Source: Acidothermus cellulolyticus 11B
Lineage (GTDB): Bacteria > Actinomycetota > Actinomycetes > Acidothermales > Acidothermaceae
Length of the DNA: 32,000 bases
Assembly (NCBI RefSeq): GCF_000015025.1
Contig: NC_008578.1
Span: 2,100,001 to 2,132,000 of the forward strand
Reading direction: 5' to 3'
The position numbers and the translations under genes were made by a program. The notes beneath the pieces are model-generated. The model saw only the letters and a program-made list of their open reading frames with translations. It was not told where the DNA came from and did no database searches. Of this stretch, positions 16,546 through 23,913 are shown one piece after another; the first letter of the stretch is position 1; each line of letters opens with the position of its first letter.

Positions 16546-19065
16546 ATGGGCGGTTGGGCGGAAGACCCGGAACTGCTCGCCACGTTCCGTGCCGAGGTGG
16601 AGGAAAGGCTCGCCTCGCTGTCCGCTGGCCTGCTGCGGCTGGAGACTGGAGCCGCCTCCCGGCAGGTCCTCTCCGCGCTGTTCCGTGACGCCCACACGGT
16701 CAAAGGCTCCGCTCGGATGATGGGCCTGACCGCCGTCCTGGAGACCGCGCACGCCGCCGAAGACCTCCTCGCGGCACTCCGCGACGGCCGGTTCCCGGTG
16801 CGACGCGATCTGGTTGACCTGTTGTTGGCGACGGTCGATGGCATCAGCCGATCCCTGCCGGGCGACCCGGCTCCGGTCGGTGAGGAGCATCTGCGGGCGC
16901 TCATTGCCGCGCTGCGGTCGGCGCTGGACGGGGAAGAACCGGTGACCGTCCCGCGGCTCCCGGAACCGACCGTCACGGTCCAGAGTGGCCCCCAGCCTCT
17001 CGCCGTACCACCGCCGCCGGCGCGGCCCGGCACCACGCCCTCGGCTACCGAGACCCCGGCGCCGGCCGCGCAAGCCGCCGCCCCGCCGTTCGCGGTCCCT
17101 CCGCCCCCGGACGGGCAAGCCGCCGGCCCACCCCTCGCGGTCCCTCCGCCGCCCGCTGGGCCAACCGGATCACCGGCAGGATCCACGGCACGACCACCTC
17201 GGCCAGCGGGATCCGCCCCTCCTCCGGCGGGATCCGCCCCGGTCGGGAGGCCCTCCACCCCGACGGCCACGCTCTCCACGCCGGCAGCCGCCGCCTCCAC
17301 GCTGTTGGAGTCGATCACCCCGCCTGCCGCCGTCCAGATCGGCGGCCCGACAGAGCCGGAACGCGGCTTCGACGCCATCCGAGTCGCCTCCCGCCGGGTC
17401 TACGACCTGCTCGACGTCGTCGGCGAAGCCGAGCTCGACGCCCGACGGGTGGAGCGCAACGCCATAGAGCTCGAAACACTCCTCACCGAGCAGCAACGAT
17501 GGCTCCGGGCGGTCCGCGCCGCCGCGACCCAACCATCCGAGGACCTGGAGCTGGCCCTCCATCGCCTTGTCGCGACAAGCGATCAGCTGGTCGCCTCCGG
17601 GCACCAACTGCGCGAGCGGGTCGAGGACGCGCGAAGCCGCCTCGCCCAGGTGCGAGACGGCGCGATGGGCTTGGCGATGGTCCCGGTCCGGCGCGTACTC
17701 TCCGGGTTTCCCCGACTGGTCCGGGACGTCGCCAGCGCCGGCGGCAAGGACGTCGGACTCCGGCTGGTCGGGGAGGATGTCGAGCTTGACAAGAAGGTGC
17801 TGGACGCCATCGCCGACGCACTCCGCCACTTGGTAACCAACGCGGTCGACCACGGATGCGAGACCCCGGCCGAGCGGGTTGCCGCGGGAAAGCCTCCCCG
17901 GGCAACCGTCACCGTGGAGGCACGGTCAGCCGGCGGGACCGTCGTCCTGGAGGTGGCCGACGACGGCCGGGGCATCGACGAAAGCGCAGTCCGCCGCCAG
18001 GCGATCGAACGCGGGCTCCTCCCGCCGGATAGCACCGTGTCCGGCCCGGCGCTTCTGCAGGTGCTCTTCGCACCGGCGTTCTCCACCGCCCCGACCGTGA
18101 CGGTGACGTCGGGGCGTGGCGTGGGCTTGGACGTCGTCCGGACGGTCGTCGACGAACTCGGCGGCACGATCGACATCTACACCGAACCGGGCCGCGGCAC
18201 CCGCTTCGTCCTCACCTTGCCGATCACACTCGGCGTCCTGCGCTGCCTGATCGCCCGGGTGGGAGCCGAACGGTACGCCGTCCCGGTGCCGAACGTCATT
18301 GAATCGATCAGCCTGCGCGACGTGCCGGTGGACAACCTCGCCGGGGCGCCGGTCGTCGTCCGTCACGGCACCTCCGTGCCGCTGCTCGACCTCGGCGCGG
18401 CGCTGGGCGTGGAGGGTGTCCGGGATCCCCGCGCTGCCCTTGTCGTGCGCCAAGGCGGCGGCGATCTCGTCGCGTGGTCGGTCGACCGGTTGGAGGGCGA
18501 GCTCGAGCTCGTCGTCAAGGACCTCGGATCGTTCATCGGGCGGTTGCCGCTCGTCACCGGGGCGACGATCGACGGCGATGGCACCGTGGTGTGCCTCCTC
18601 GATCTACGGGAGATGTCCGCCCGGACCGGGGCGGCCAGCACCGCGCAACCAGCGACGGCGCCGCCCGAGCTGGAGACGCCCCGACCGCTGGGACGCCGGC
18701 CGCGAATCCTCGTTGTCGAGGATTCCGTCGGAGTCCGGGAGCTGGAGCGGGTGATCCTGGAGGGTGCCGGTTATGAAGTCACCACCGCGGTCGACGGGCT
18801 CGACGGGTTGGCCCGCCTGCGCACCGAACTGCCCGACCTCGTGCTGGCCGATGTCGAGATGCCGGGGATGGACGGATTCACCCTTACCCGAACCATCCGC
18901 CGGACCCGAGGCTGGGAACACCTCCCGGTAGTGATCATGACGTCGCGAGGGGACGACGGCGACCGGCGAGCCGGCATGGAAGCCGGGGCGAACGCGTACC
19001 TGCTCAAGAGCGAATTCGATCAAGCGCAGCTGGTCGAGACGGTCGGCCGGCTCCTCGGGCGGTGA
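16546..19065 (+). CDS. cheA: CheA-type histidine kinase fused to a C-terminal receiver domain (CheA::REC hybrid)
   Basis: Hpt His box FRDAHTVKGSARMMG. P3-like IRVASRRVYDLLDVVGE. N box HLVTNAVDHG, G1 DDGRGID, F box FAPAFST, G2 SGRGVGLDVV. P5 CheW-like region LIARVGAERYAVPVPNVIES. Receiver ILVVEDS...DLVLADVEMPGMDG...VIMTS...AYLLKS. Confidence 0.9.
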   Translation: MGGWAEDPELLATFRAEVEERLASLSAGLLRLETGAASRQVLSALFRDAHTVKGSARMMGLTAVLETAHAAEDLLAALRDGRFPVRRDLVDLLLATVDGISRSLPGDPAPVGEEHLRALIAALRSALDGEEPVTVPRLPEPTVTVQSGPQPLAVPPPPARPGTTPSATETPAPAAQAAAPPFAVPPPPDGQAAGPPLAVPPPPAGPTGSPAGSTARPPRPAGSAPPPAGSAPVGRPSTPTATLSTPAAAASTLLESITPPAAVQIGGPTEPERGFDAIRVASRRVYDLLDVVGEAELDARRVERNAIELETLLTEQQRWLRAVRAAATQPSEDLELALHRLVATSDQLVASGHQLRERVEDARSRLAQVRDGAMGLAMVPVRRVLSGFPRLVRDVASAGGKDVGLRLVGEDVELDKKVLDAIADALRHLVTNAVDHGCETPAERVAAGKPPRATVTVEARSAGGTVVLEVADDGRGIDESAVRRQAIERGLLPPDSTVSGPALLQVLFAPAFSTAPTVTVTSGRGVGLDVVRTVVDELGGTIDIYTEPGRGTRFVLTLPITLGVLRCLIARVGAERYAVPVPNVIESISLRDVPVDNLAGAPVVVRHGTSVPLLDLGAALGVEGVRDPRAALVVRQGGGDLVAWSVDRLEGELELVVKDLGSFIGRLPLVTGATIDGDGTVVCLLDLREMSARTGAASTAQPATAPPELETPRPLGRRPRILVVEDSVGVRELERVILEGAGYEVTTAVDGLDGLARLRTELPDLVLADVEMPGMDGFTLTRTIRRTRGWEHLPVVIMTSRGDDGDRRAGMEAGANAYLLKSEFDQAQLVETVGRLLGR
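16990..17244 (+). repeat. in-gene Pro-rich tandem-repeat linker of CheA
   Basis: P(L/F)AVPPPP occurs three times (30- and 15-codon spacing) and PAGSAP(P/V) twice (21-nt period, gcgggatccgcccc repeated). Lies where a P2 domain would normally sit. Confidence 0.8.
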
Positions 19066-19176
19066 CAGAACACCCCGCACGGTGGCCGGCTCCTCGGGCG
19101 ATAGCAGCCCGCCGTGGCCGGCAACCGTCCACCCGGCCGGTCACAAACCGCCGTGGGCGGTGACAGACCGCCGCAC
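19045..19176. repeat. degenerate triple direct repeat seeded by the last 21 nt of cheA, including its stop codon
   Basis: ggccggctcctcgggcg occurs at 19045 and again at 19084, a 39-nt in-frame offset. A third ggccggc head is at 19116. The tail gggcggtgacaga..ccgcac occurs at 19057-19080 and 19155-19176. Confidence 0.85.
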
Positions 19177-19313
19177 AGCGCGCTCCGTCTTTCGGCCGGG
19201 CAAACCCGGCGAATGGAGTACGGTTCGGCGTCTCAGCAGCCGATGAAGTCGATGAGTCCCTCGGTCGAAACTCCGAGCAGACCTTTCGACTGATCTTCCC
19301 GGAGGGAGATTCG

Positions 19314-20276
19314 ATGCCGACCGTCGTCATCGCCGATGACAGTCCCACCCTGCGGCGGATCGTCACCAGCGTGCTGACCAAGGAAGGGTACGAGGTGATC
19401 ACCGCAGAGGACGGCGTCGAAGCGGTCCAGGCAGTCTTCCGGTCGCGGCCGGACGCGGTCATCCTCGACGTGCAGATGCCGCGCGTCTCCGGCTACGTCG
19501 CCGCCCGGCTGCTCAAGGACGACTGGCAGACGGCGGATATTCCGATCATCCTCCTGACGTCGCTGGACGCCGCAAGCGACCGGTACTGGGGCACGCAAGC
19601 CGGCGCCGATCGGTACCTCACGAAGGACTTCGAGGCTCCCGAACTGGTAGCCGCCGTCTCCGAAGCGATCGCCCAGGCCGAACGGGCCCGCGGGGGGCGT
19701 CCGGCGTTACGGCCGGATCCCGTGGAGCTGGAACCGGATGATGTCTTCAGCCGGGTCTGCGACCTGCTCGATCGCAAACTCTTCGAGACGTCCGTCGCCG
19801 CCGAGGTGACGTCGATCGCCTCCAGTGCACACGGATTCGAAGAGACGGTGGCCGGAGTCCTGGCCATCTTGCAACGATTCGTCGACAACGAACTGGCCGC
19901 CGTCCTCCTCGCCGAGGAACGGACGGCGTATGTCGCAGTGGCCCGGGAGGCGTCAGAGGCCCACTACGCGGACTTCGTCACGGCAGCAGTCGATGCGCTC
20001 AACGCGGCCGCCGGTACGTCGCTCACCCCGGCCGAGGTCAATGTGCGGGTCGCGGATCCCAATCACCTTCTCGGCGCGGACGACGAGGGTCGGATGGCGA
20101 CGTTTCTGTCGATGCCGTTGCGGGGTCACGGCGGACGGGTCATTGGGGTGCTCGCGCTGTCCAGCGCGGCGAAGAATGCCTTCTCCGAGACCGCGCTCGC
20201 GACACTCAAGCTGGTCGAGGATCCCGCAGCCATCGTCATCGACAACGCCCGGCTCGCTGGGACGCCGGTCGGCTGA
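19314..20276 (+). CDS. response regulator: receiver domain fused to a GAF-like domain, no recognisable effector domain
   Basis: Receiver VVIADDS...[13 protein letters not shown]...IILLTS...RYLTKDF. The C-terminal ~190 aa end in [41 protein letters not shown], which is typical of GAF C-termini. GGAGGGA lies 5 nt upstream of the ATG. Confidence 0.8.
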   Translation: MPTVVIADDSPTLRRIVTSVLTKEGYEVITAEDGVEAVQAVFRSRPDAVILDVQMPRVSGYVAARLLKDDWQTADIPIILLTSLDAASDRYWGTQAGADRYLTKDFEAPELVAAVSEAIAQAERARGGRPALRPDPVELEPDDVFSRVCDLLDRKLFETSVAAEVTSIASSAHGFEETVAGVLAILQRFVDNELAAVLLAEERTAYVAVAREASEAHYADFVTAAVDALNAAAGTSLTPAEVNVRVADPNHLLGADDEGRMATFLSMPLRGHGGRVIGVLALSSAAKNAFSETALATLKLVEDPAAIVIDNARLAGTPVG

Positions 20277-20377
20277 GCCGAAAAGCGCATCGGCTGAGCC
20301 GAGACGCCGACTCGCTGGGACGCCGGTCGGCAATGCCCGGCCCGGACGCCAGCCGGCAATGCCCGGCCCGGACGCCA
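20253..20377. repeat. nested direct repeats starting inside the 3' end of the response-regulator gene
   Basis: ctcgctgggacgccggtcggc at 20253-20273 and 20311-20331. cggctgagccga at 20270 and 20291. Identical 24-mers cggcaatgcccggcccggacgcca at 20328-20351 and 20354-20377. Confidence 0.9.
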
Positions 20378-20461
20378 TCCGGCAGGGCCCGCCCGGCCCG
20401 GCCCGGACCTTCGTCTTCCAGCTCGCTCGACCGTCGCGCGGCGGATGAATCCGCTCCGGCC

Positions 20462-20467
20462 TACCCT
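20462..20467 (+). promoter_or_regulatory. -10-like hexamer TACCCT, 6 nt upstream of the xseA GTG (candidate leaderless promoter)
   Basis: TANNNT match. The G of GTG at 20474 is the 7th nt after the hexamer. Confidence 0.4.
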
Positions 20468-20473
20468 CAGAGC

Positions 20474-21724
20474 GTGGCACTTACCTCCTCGGCCGAATCC
20501 CCGGTACCGGTACGGGAAGTCGCGCGGCAGATCGGACTCTGGGTCGGCCGGCTCGGTCGCATCTGGGTCGACGGGCAGCTCACGCAAATAAAAATCCGCC
20601 CAGGCACGAACACCGTTTTCTTCAACCTGCGGGATCCCTCGGCCAACGTCACCCTGCTCGCCACCTGCCCGCGTCAGGTCTTCGAGTGCATCGAGCCGAA
20701 ACCCACGGAAGGTCTGCGGGTGGCGGTCTTGGGCAAGCCGGAATTCTACGTGCCGCGCGGCAGTTTGCAGCTCGTCGTCCACGACATCCGGCCGATCGGC
20801 ATTGGCGATTTACTGGCCCGCCTGGAACGCCTGAAGAAAATCCTTGCCGCTGAAGGGCTGTTCGCCCCCGAACGGAAGCGCCCGCTCCCCTTTCTGCCGC
20901 GCGTTGTCGGGCTGATTTGCGGCCGCGGTTCGGCGGCGGAACGGGACGTCGTCGAGAACGCGCGCCGGCGCTGGCCCGCCGTCCGTTTCGACATCGCGGC
21001 GGTGGCGGTGCAAGGTCCGTACGCGGTACCGGAGATCGTCGCCGCCCTCCGCCGGCTCGACGACGACCCCGTGGTCGACGTCATCGTCATTGCCCGCGGA
21101 GGCGGCAGCGTCGAAGACCTCCTGCCTTTCTCCGACGAGACCCTGCTGCGCGCGGTCGCCGCCTGCCGCACGCCGGTGGTGAGCGCAATTGGTCACGAGA
21201 CCGACACACCGCTCCTCGACTTCGTCGCCGATGTCGCCGCCTCCACGCCCACGGACGCCGCCCGCCGGATCGTGCCGGACGTGGCGGAGCAGTACGCCCA
21301 GCTCGCGCAGCTCGGCGATCGACTCCGGAACGCACTGCGACATCGGATCGACCGGGAGCAACAGGTCCTCGACACGTTGCGCTCCCGGCCGGTCCTGGCA
21401 CACCCCGTCCAAGACATCAACCGGCGTGGCGAGGAGATTCTGCGGCTGGTGCGCGCCGGGCGGACCGCGCTGGACACGGCGATCCGGGCGGCGGACGCCG
21501 ACGCCCGCCACCTCGTCGCTCGTCTGCGGGCGCTCGCCCCGGCGGCAACCCTCGAACGCGGGTATGCCATCGTCCTCGACCCCGCCGGCCGGGTCATCCG
21601 TGGAGCCGATGAGGTCCAGACCGGAGACGAGCTCGTCGTCCGGCTCGGCCGCGGCCGGTTGCGGGTCACCGTCACGGATGTGGCACCAGCCGAGACGGAC
21701 CACCCACTAGGCTCGCTCGCGTGA
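20474..21724 (+). CDS. xseA: exodeoxyribonuclease VII large subunit
   Basis: The N-terminal OB-fold region [31 protein letters not shown] and the catalytic region [48 protein letters not shown] are typical XseA. The track start at 20333 lies inside the intergenic repeats. Confidence 0.9.
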   Translation: MALTSSAESPVPVREVARQIGLWVGRLGRIWVDGQLTQIKIRPGTNTVFFNLRDPSANVTLLATCPRQVFECIEPKPTEGLRVAVLGKPEFYVPRGSLQLVVHDIRPIGIGDLLARLERLKKILAAEGLFAPERKRPLPFLPRVVGLICGRGSAAERDVVENARRRWPAVRFDIAAVAVQGPYAVPEIVAALRRLDDDPVVDVIVIARGGGSVEDLLPFSDETLLRAVAACRTPVVSAIGHETDTPLLDFVADVAASTPTDAARRIVPDVAEQYAQLAQLGDRLRNALRHRIDREQQVLDTLRSRPVLAHPVQDINRRGEEILRLVRAGRTALDTAIRAADADARHLVARLRALAPAATLERGYAIVLDPAGRVIRGADEVQTGDELVVRLGRGRLRVTVTDVAPAETDHPLGSLA

Positions 21725-22011
21725 CCGAGCCGCCGCTCCCCCACGAATCAGCCGATGACGGCCGGGCTCGCCTCTCGTACGAGGACGCCCGCGATGAGCT
21801 CATCCAGATCGTGCAGCGGTTGGAGCTGGGCGGCCTACCGTTGGAGGAAGCGCTGCGGCTCTGGGAGCGCGGCGAAGAACTGGCCCGCGTCTGCCAGGCG
21901 TGGCTGGACGGGGCCCGCGCCCGGCTCGAGGCGTACCGTGCACCGGAGCAGAGCGCGGCGAACGACGTCTCCGCACCAGGATCCGCCGAGGAGCACGACC
22001 ATGGCCGATAA
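21721..22011 (+). CDS. xseB: exodeoxyribonuclease VII small subunit
   Basis: [52 protein letters not shown]. The GTG overlaps the xseA stop (GTGA). Confidence 0.85.
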   Translation: MTEPPLPHESADDGRARLSYEDARDELIQIVQRLELGGLPLEEALRLWERGEELARVCQAWLDGARARLEAYRAPEQSAANDVSAPGSAEEHDHGR

Positions 22012-23050
22012 CGACGTCGAACGACAGCCGGAGGCGCCCGATCGCAACTTGGCGCTCGAACTGGTCCGCGTGACCGAAGCGGCGGCGATGGCCGCTGGGC
22101 GATGGGTCGGCCGGGGTGACAAGGACGCCGCCGACCACGCGGCGGTGGAGGCAATGCGCCGGCTCATCGGCACGGTGTCGATGCGCGGGGTCGTCGTCAT
22201 CGGTGAAGGGGAGAAAGACCACGCGCCGATGCTGTACAACGGCGAGCACGTCGGCGACGGCACCGGTCCGGAATGCGACGTCGCGGTCGACCCGATTGAC
22301 GGCACCCGGCTCACCGCGATGGGAATGAACAACGCCATTTCGGTCCTCGCGGTCGCGGACCGGCATTCGATGTACGACCCGTCCGCCGTCTTTTACATGC
22401 AGAAACTCGTCACCGGCGCGGTGGCGGCTCCGTACGTCGACATCAACGCGCCGGTCTCAGCCAACATCCGGGCCGTGGCGGCCGCGAAGGGCTGCGCAAA
22501 CCAGGACGTGACCGTCGTCGTTCTCGACCGGCCACGGCATGCCGATCTCGTGCGGGAAATTCGGGAGACCGGCGCGCGCATCAAATTCATCATGGACGGC
22601 GATGTGGCCGGCGCGATCATGGCGGCGCGCGAGGACACCGGCGTTGACCTGCTTCTGGGCATCGGCGGAACACCAGAGGGCATCATCGCCGCCTGCGCCG
22701 TGAAATGCCTCGGCGGTGTCATTCAAGGGAAATTGTGGCCGCGTGACGAAGAGGAGCGGCGCAAAGCGTTGGACGCCGGACACGACCTTGACCGGGTCTT
22801 GACCAATGATGACCTGGTCCGGTCCGACAATGTCTTCTTCTGCGCCACCGGGATCACGGACGGCGAGTTGCTCCGCGGAGTCCGGTATCGCGGTGGCGGG
22901 GCGCAGACCAGCTCGCTCGTCATGCGGTCAAAGAGCGGGACGATCCGGATGATCCACAGCGAGCATCGGTTGTCCAAGCTGCGGTCGTACGCGATCGTCG
23001 ACTATGACCAGCGGCCGGTGGCCTCCAGCGATCGAATTCAACTTCGCTGA
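22001..23050 (+). CDS. glpX: class II fructose-1,6-bisphosphatase
   Basis: [38 protein letters not shown]...[14 protein letters not shown]...VAVDPIDGT is the GlpX signature. The ATG at 22001 is in frame within the longer track ORF and overlaps the xseB end by 11 nt. Confidence 0.9.
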   Translation: MADNDVERQPEAPDRNLALELVRVTEAAAMAAGRWVGRGDKDAADHAAVEAMRRLIGTVSMRGVVVIGEGEKDHAPMLYNGEHVGDGTGPECDVAVDPIDGTRLTAMGMNNAISVLAVADRHSMYDPSAVFYMQKLVTGAVAAPYVDINAPVSANIRAVAAAKGCANQDVTVVVLDRPRHADLVREIRETGARIKFIMDGDVAGAIMAAREDTGVDLLLGIGGTPEGIIAACAVKCLGGVIQGKLWPRDEEERRKALDAGHDLDRVLTNDDLVRSDNVFFCATGITDGELLRGVRYRGGGAQTSSLVMRSKSGTIRMIHSEHRLSKLRSYAIVDYDQRPVASSDRIQLR

Positions 23051-23206
23051 CCGCCCGACACCTACCGACGTCGCTCTCCCACTCCGATCGCCGGCGTCCC
23101 GGGTCGGCCTCCGGGCGTTGAATCGTCCGCCGCGCCGATGCGCGGCAGAGCAACCGGTCCGCGGAGCGACTAGGGTGGAGCGAACCCGACCGAAGGGAGA
23201 CGAGCG

Positions 23207-23497
23207 ATGCTCACGCTGACCGACAATGCCGCCGCCGTAGTCCGCACCCTGACCCAGCAAATAGCTGGTGAGACGGGAGGACTGCGCTTCAGCCGACAAC
23301 CAGGCATGGACGAGACCCTGACCATCCGGGCAGCCGCCGCTCCCGAGCCGGGTGACCAGGTGGTCGAGCAGGACGGCGCCCGTGTCTTCCTCACCGAAGA
23401 GGCCGCCGCGGCGCTGGACGACCAGATTCTTGACGCCGTCGTAGACGCAGGCGGCTCCGTGCACTTCAGCGTCGCGCCTCAACAGCCCTCCGCCTGA
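23207..23497 (+). CDS. HesB/IscA-fold protein lacking all cysteine ligands
   Basis: 96 aa. Has the HesB-like pattern LTLTDNAAAVVRTL...GGLRFS...DQVVEQDGARVFLTEEAAAALDDQILD but contains no Cys at all. GAAGGGAGA lies upstream of the ATG. Confidence 0.6.
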   Translation: MLTLTDNAAAVVRTLTQQIAGETGGLRFSRQPGMDETLTIRAAAAPEPGDQVVEQDGARVFLTEEAAAALDDQILDAVVDAGGSVHFSVAPQQPSA

Positions 23498-23510
23498 CCG
23501 AAGACTCCCA

Positions 23511-23538
23511 GGGGCGGCTAACCACCCGCCCTGCTTTT
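23511..23538 (+). terminator. intrinsic-terminator-like hairpin after the HesB-like gene
   Basis: The stem pairs gGGGCGG (23511-23517) with CCGCCCt (23526-23532): 6 G-C pairs plus one G-U. The loop is 8 nt, followed by GCTTTTGG. Confidence 0.45.
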
Positions 23539-23586
23539 GGTGTGGCCGCCTGACGGCCGGCAGGTCGCACCCGGGTGCCGTCTCTT

Positions 23587-23801
23587 CGGACTGACGGGCC
23601 CGGTTCTGCCTGCCGGATCGCCGTCCGGTCCCGCCTCCCGGACTGACGGGCCCGGTTCCCCTGCCGGACCACGAATCCGGCGCGCCGTCGCGTCATTGTG
23701 CCCAGCACCGCTGCTGCGCCAAGCGCCCCGACGCCGCCGCTGCGCCACCTGCTCAGCGCCCCGCCGCGCCGTCGCGTCAAGCGCCCCGACGCCGCCGCTG
23801 C
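23587..23801. repeat. cluster of imperfect direct repeats in the 430-bp spacer upstream of fumC
   Basis: cggactgacgggcccggttc at 23587 and 23639. cgcgccgtcgcgtca at 23681 and 23765. caagcgccccgacgccgccgctgc at 23720 and 23778. Confidence 0.85.
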
Positions 23802-23899
23802 ACAGCGACGGACTGCTTCCTCCCTGTTCACCGTGATGTGCCGGCAATCGCCGGAACCGGCGGGATGAACCGTCGGCGTCCTCGCACACAGCCGCTGTC

Positions 23900-23905
23900 T
23901 AGGCT
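23900..23905 (+). promoter_or_regulatory. -10-like hexamer TAGGCT upstream of the fumC leader/uORF
   Basis: TANNNT match 8 nt upstream of the ATG at 23914. Confidence 0.35.
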
Positions 23906-23913
23906 GAAGTCGC

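Noticed and set aside
19213-19293. A 26-codon ORF (MEYGSASQQPMKSMSPSVETPSRPFD) in the cheA-regulator spacer.
   Set aside because: It has no SD or -10 hexamer in front and no distinctive composition. It could be tested by ribosome profiling but is not supportable from sequence.
13651-20276. Whether the Che-like module is a horizontally acquired island or mobile element.
   Set aside because: There is no integrase or transposase, no flanking tRNA, and no terminal inverted or long direct repeats bounding it. Codon usage (GC3) looks the same as in the flanking housekeeping genes. Only whole-genome comparison could show acquisition.
5875-23801. Whether any of the direct-repeat clusters is a CRISPR array.
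   Set aside because: Each has only two or three copies. Unit lengths and spacers are irregular, some copies overlap coding 3' ends, and there are no cas genes in the window.
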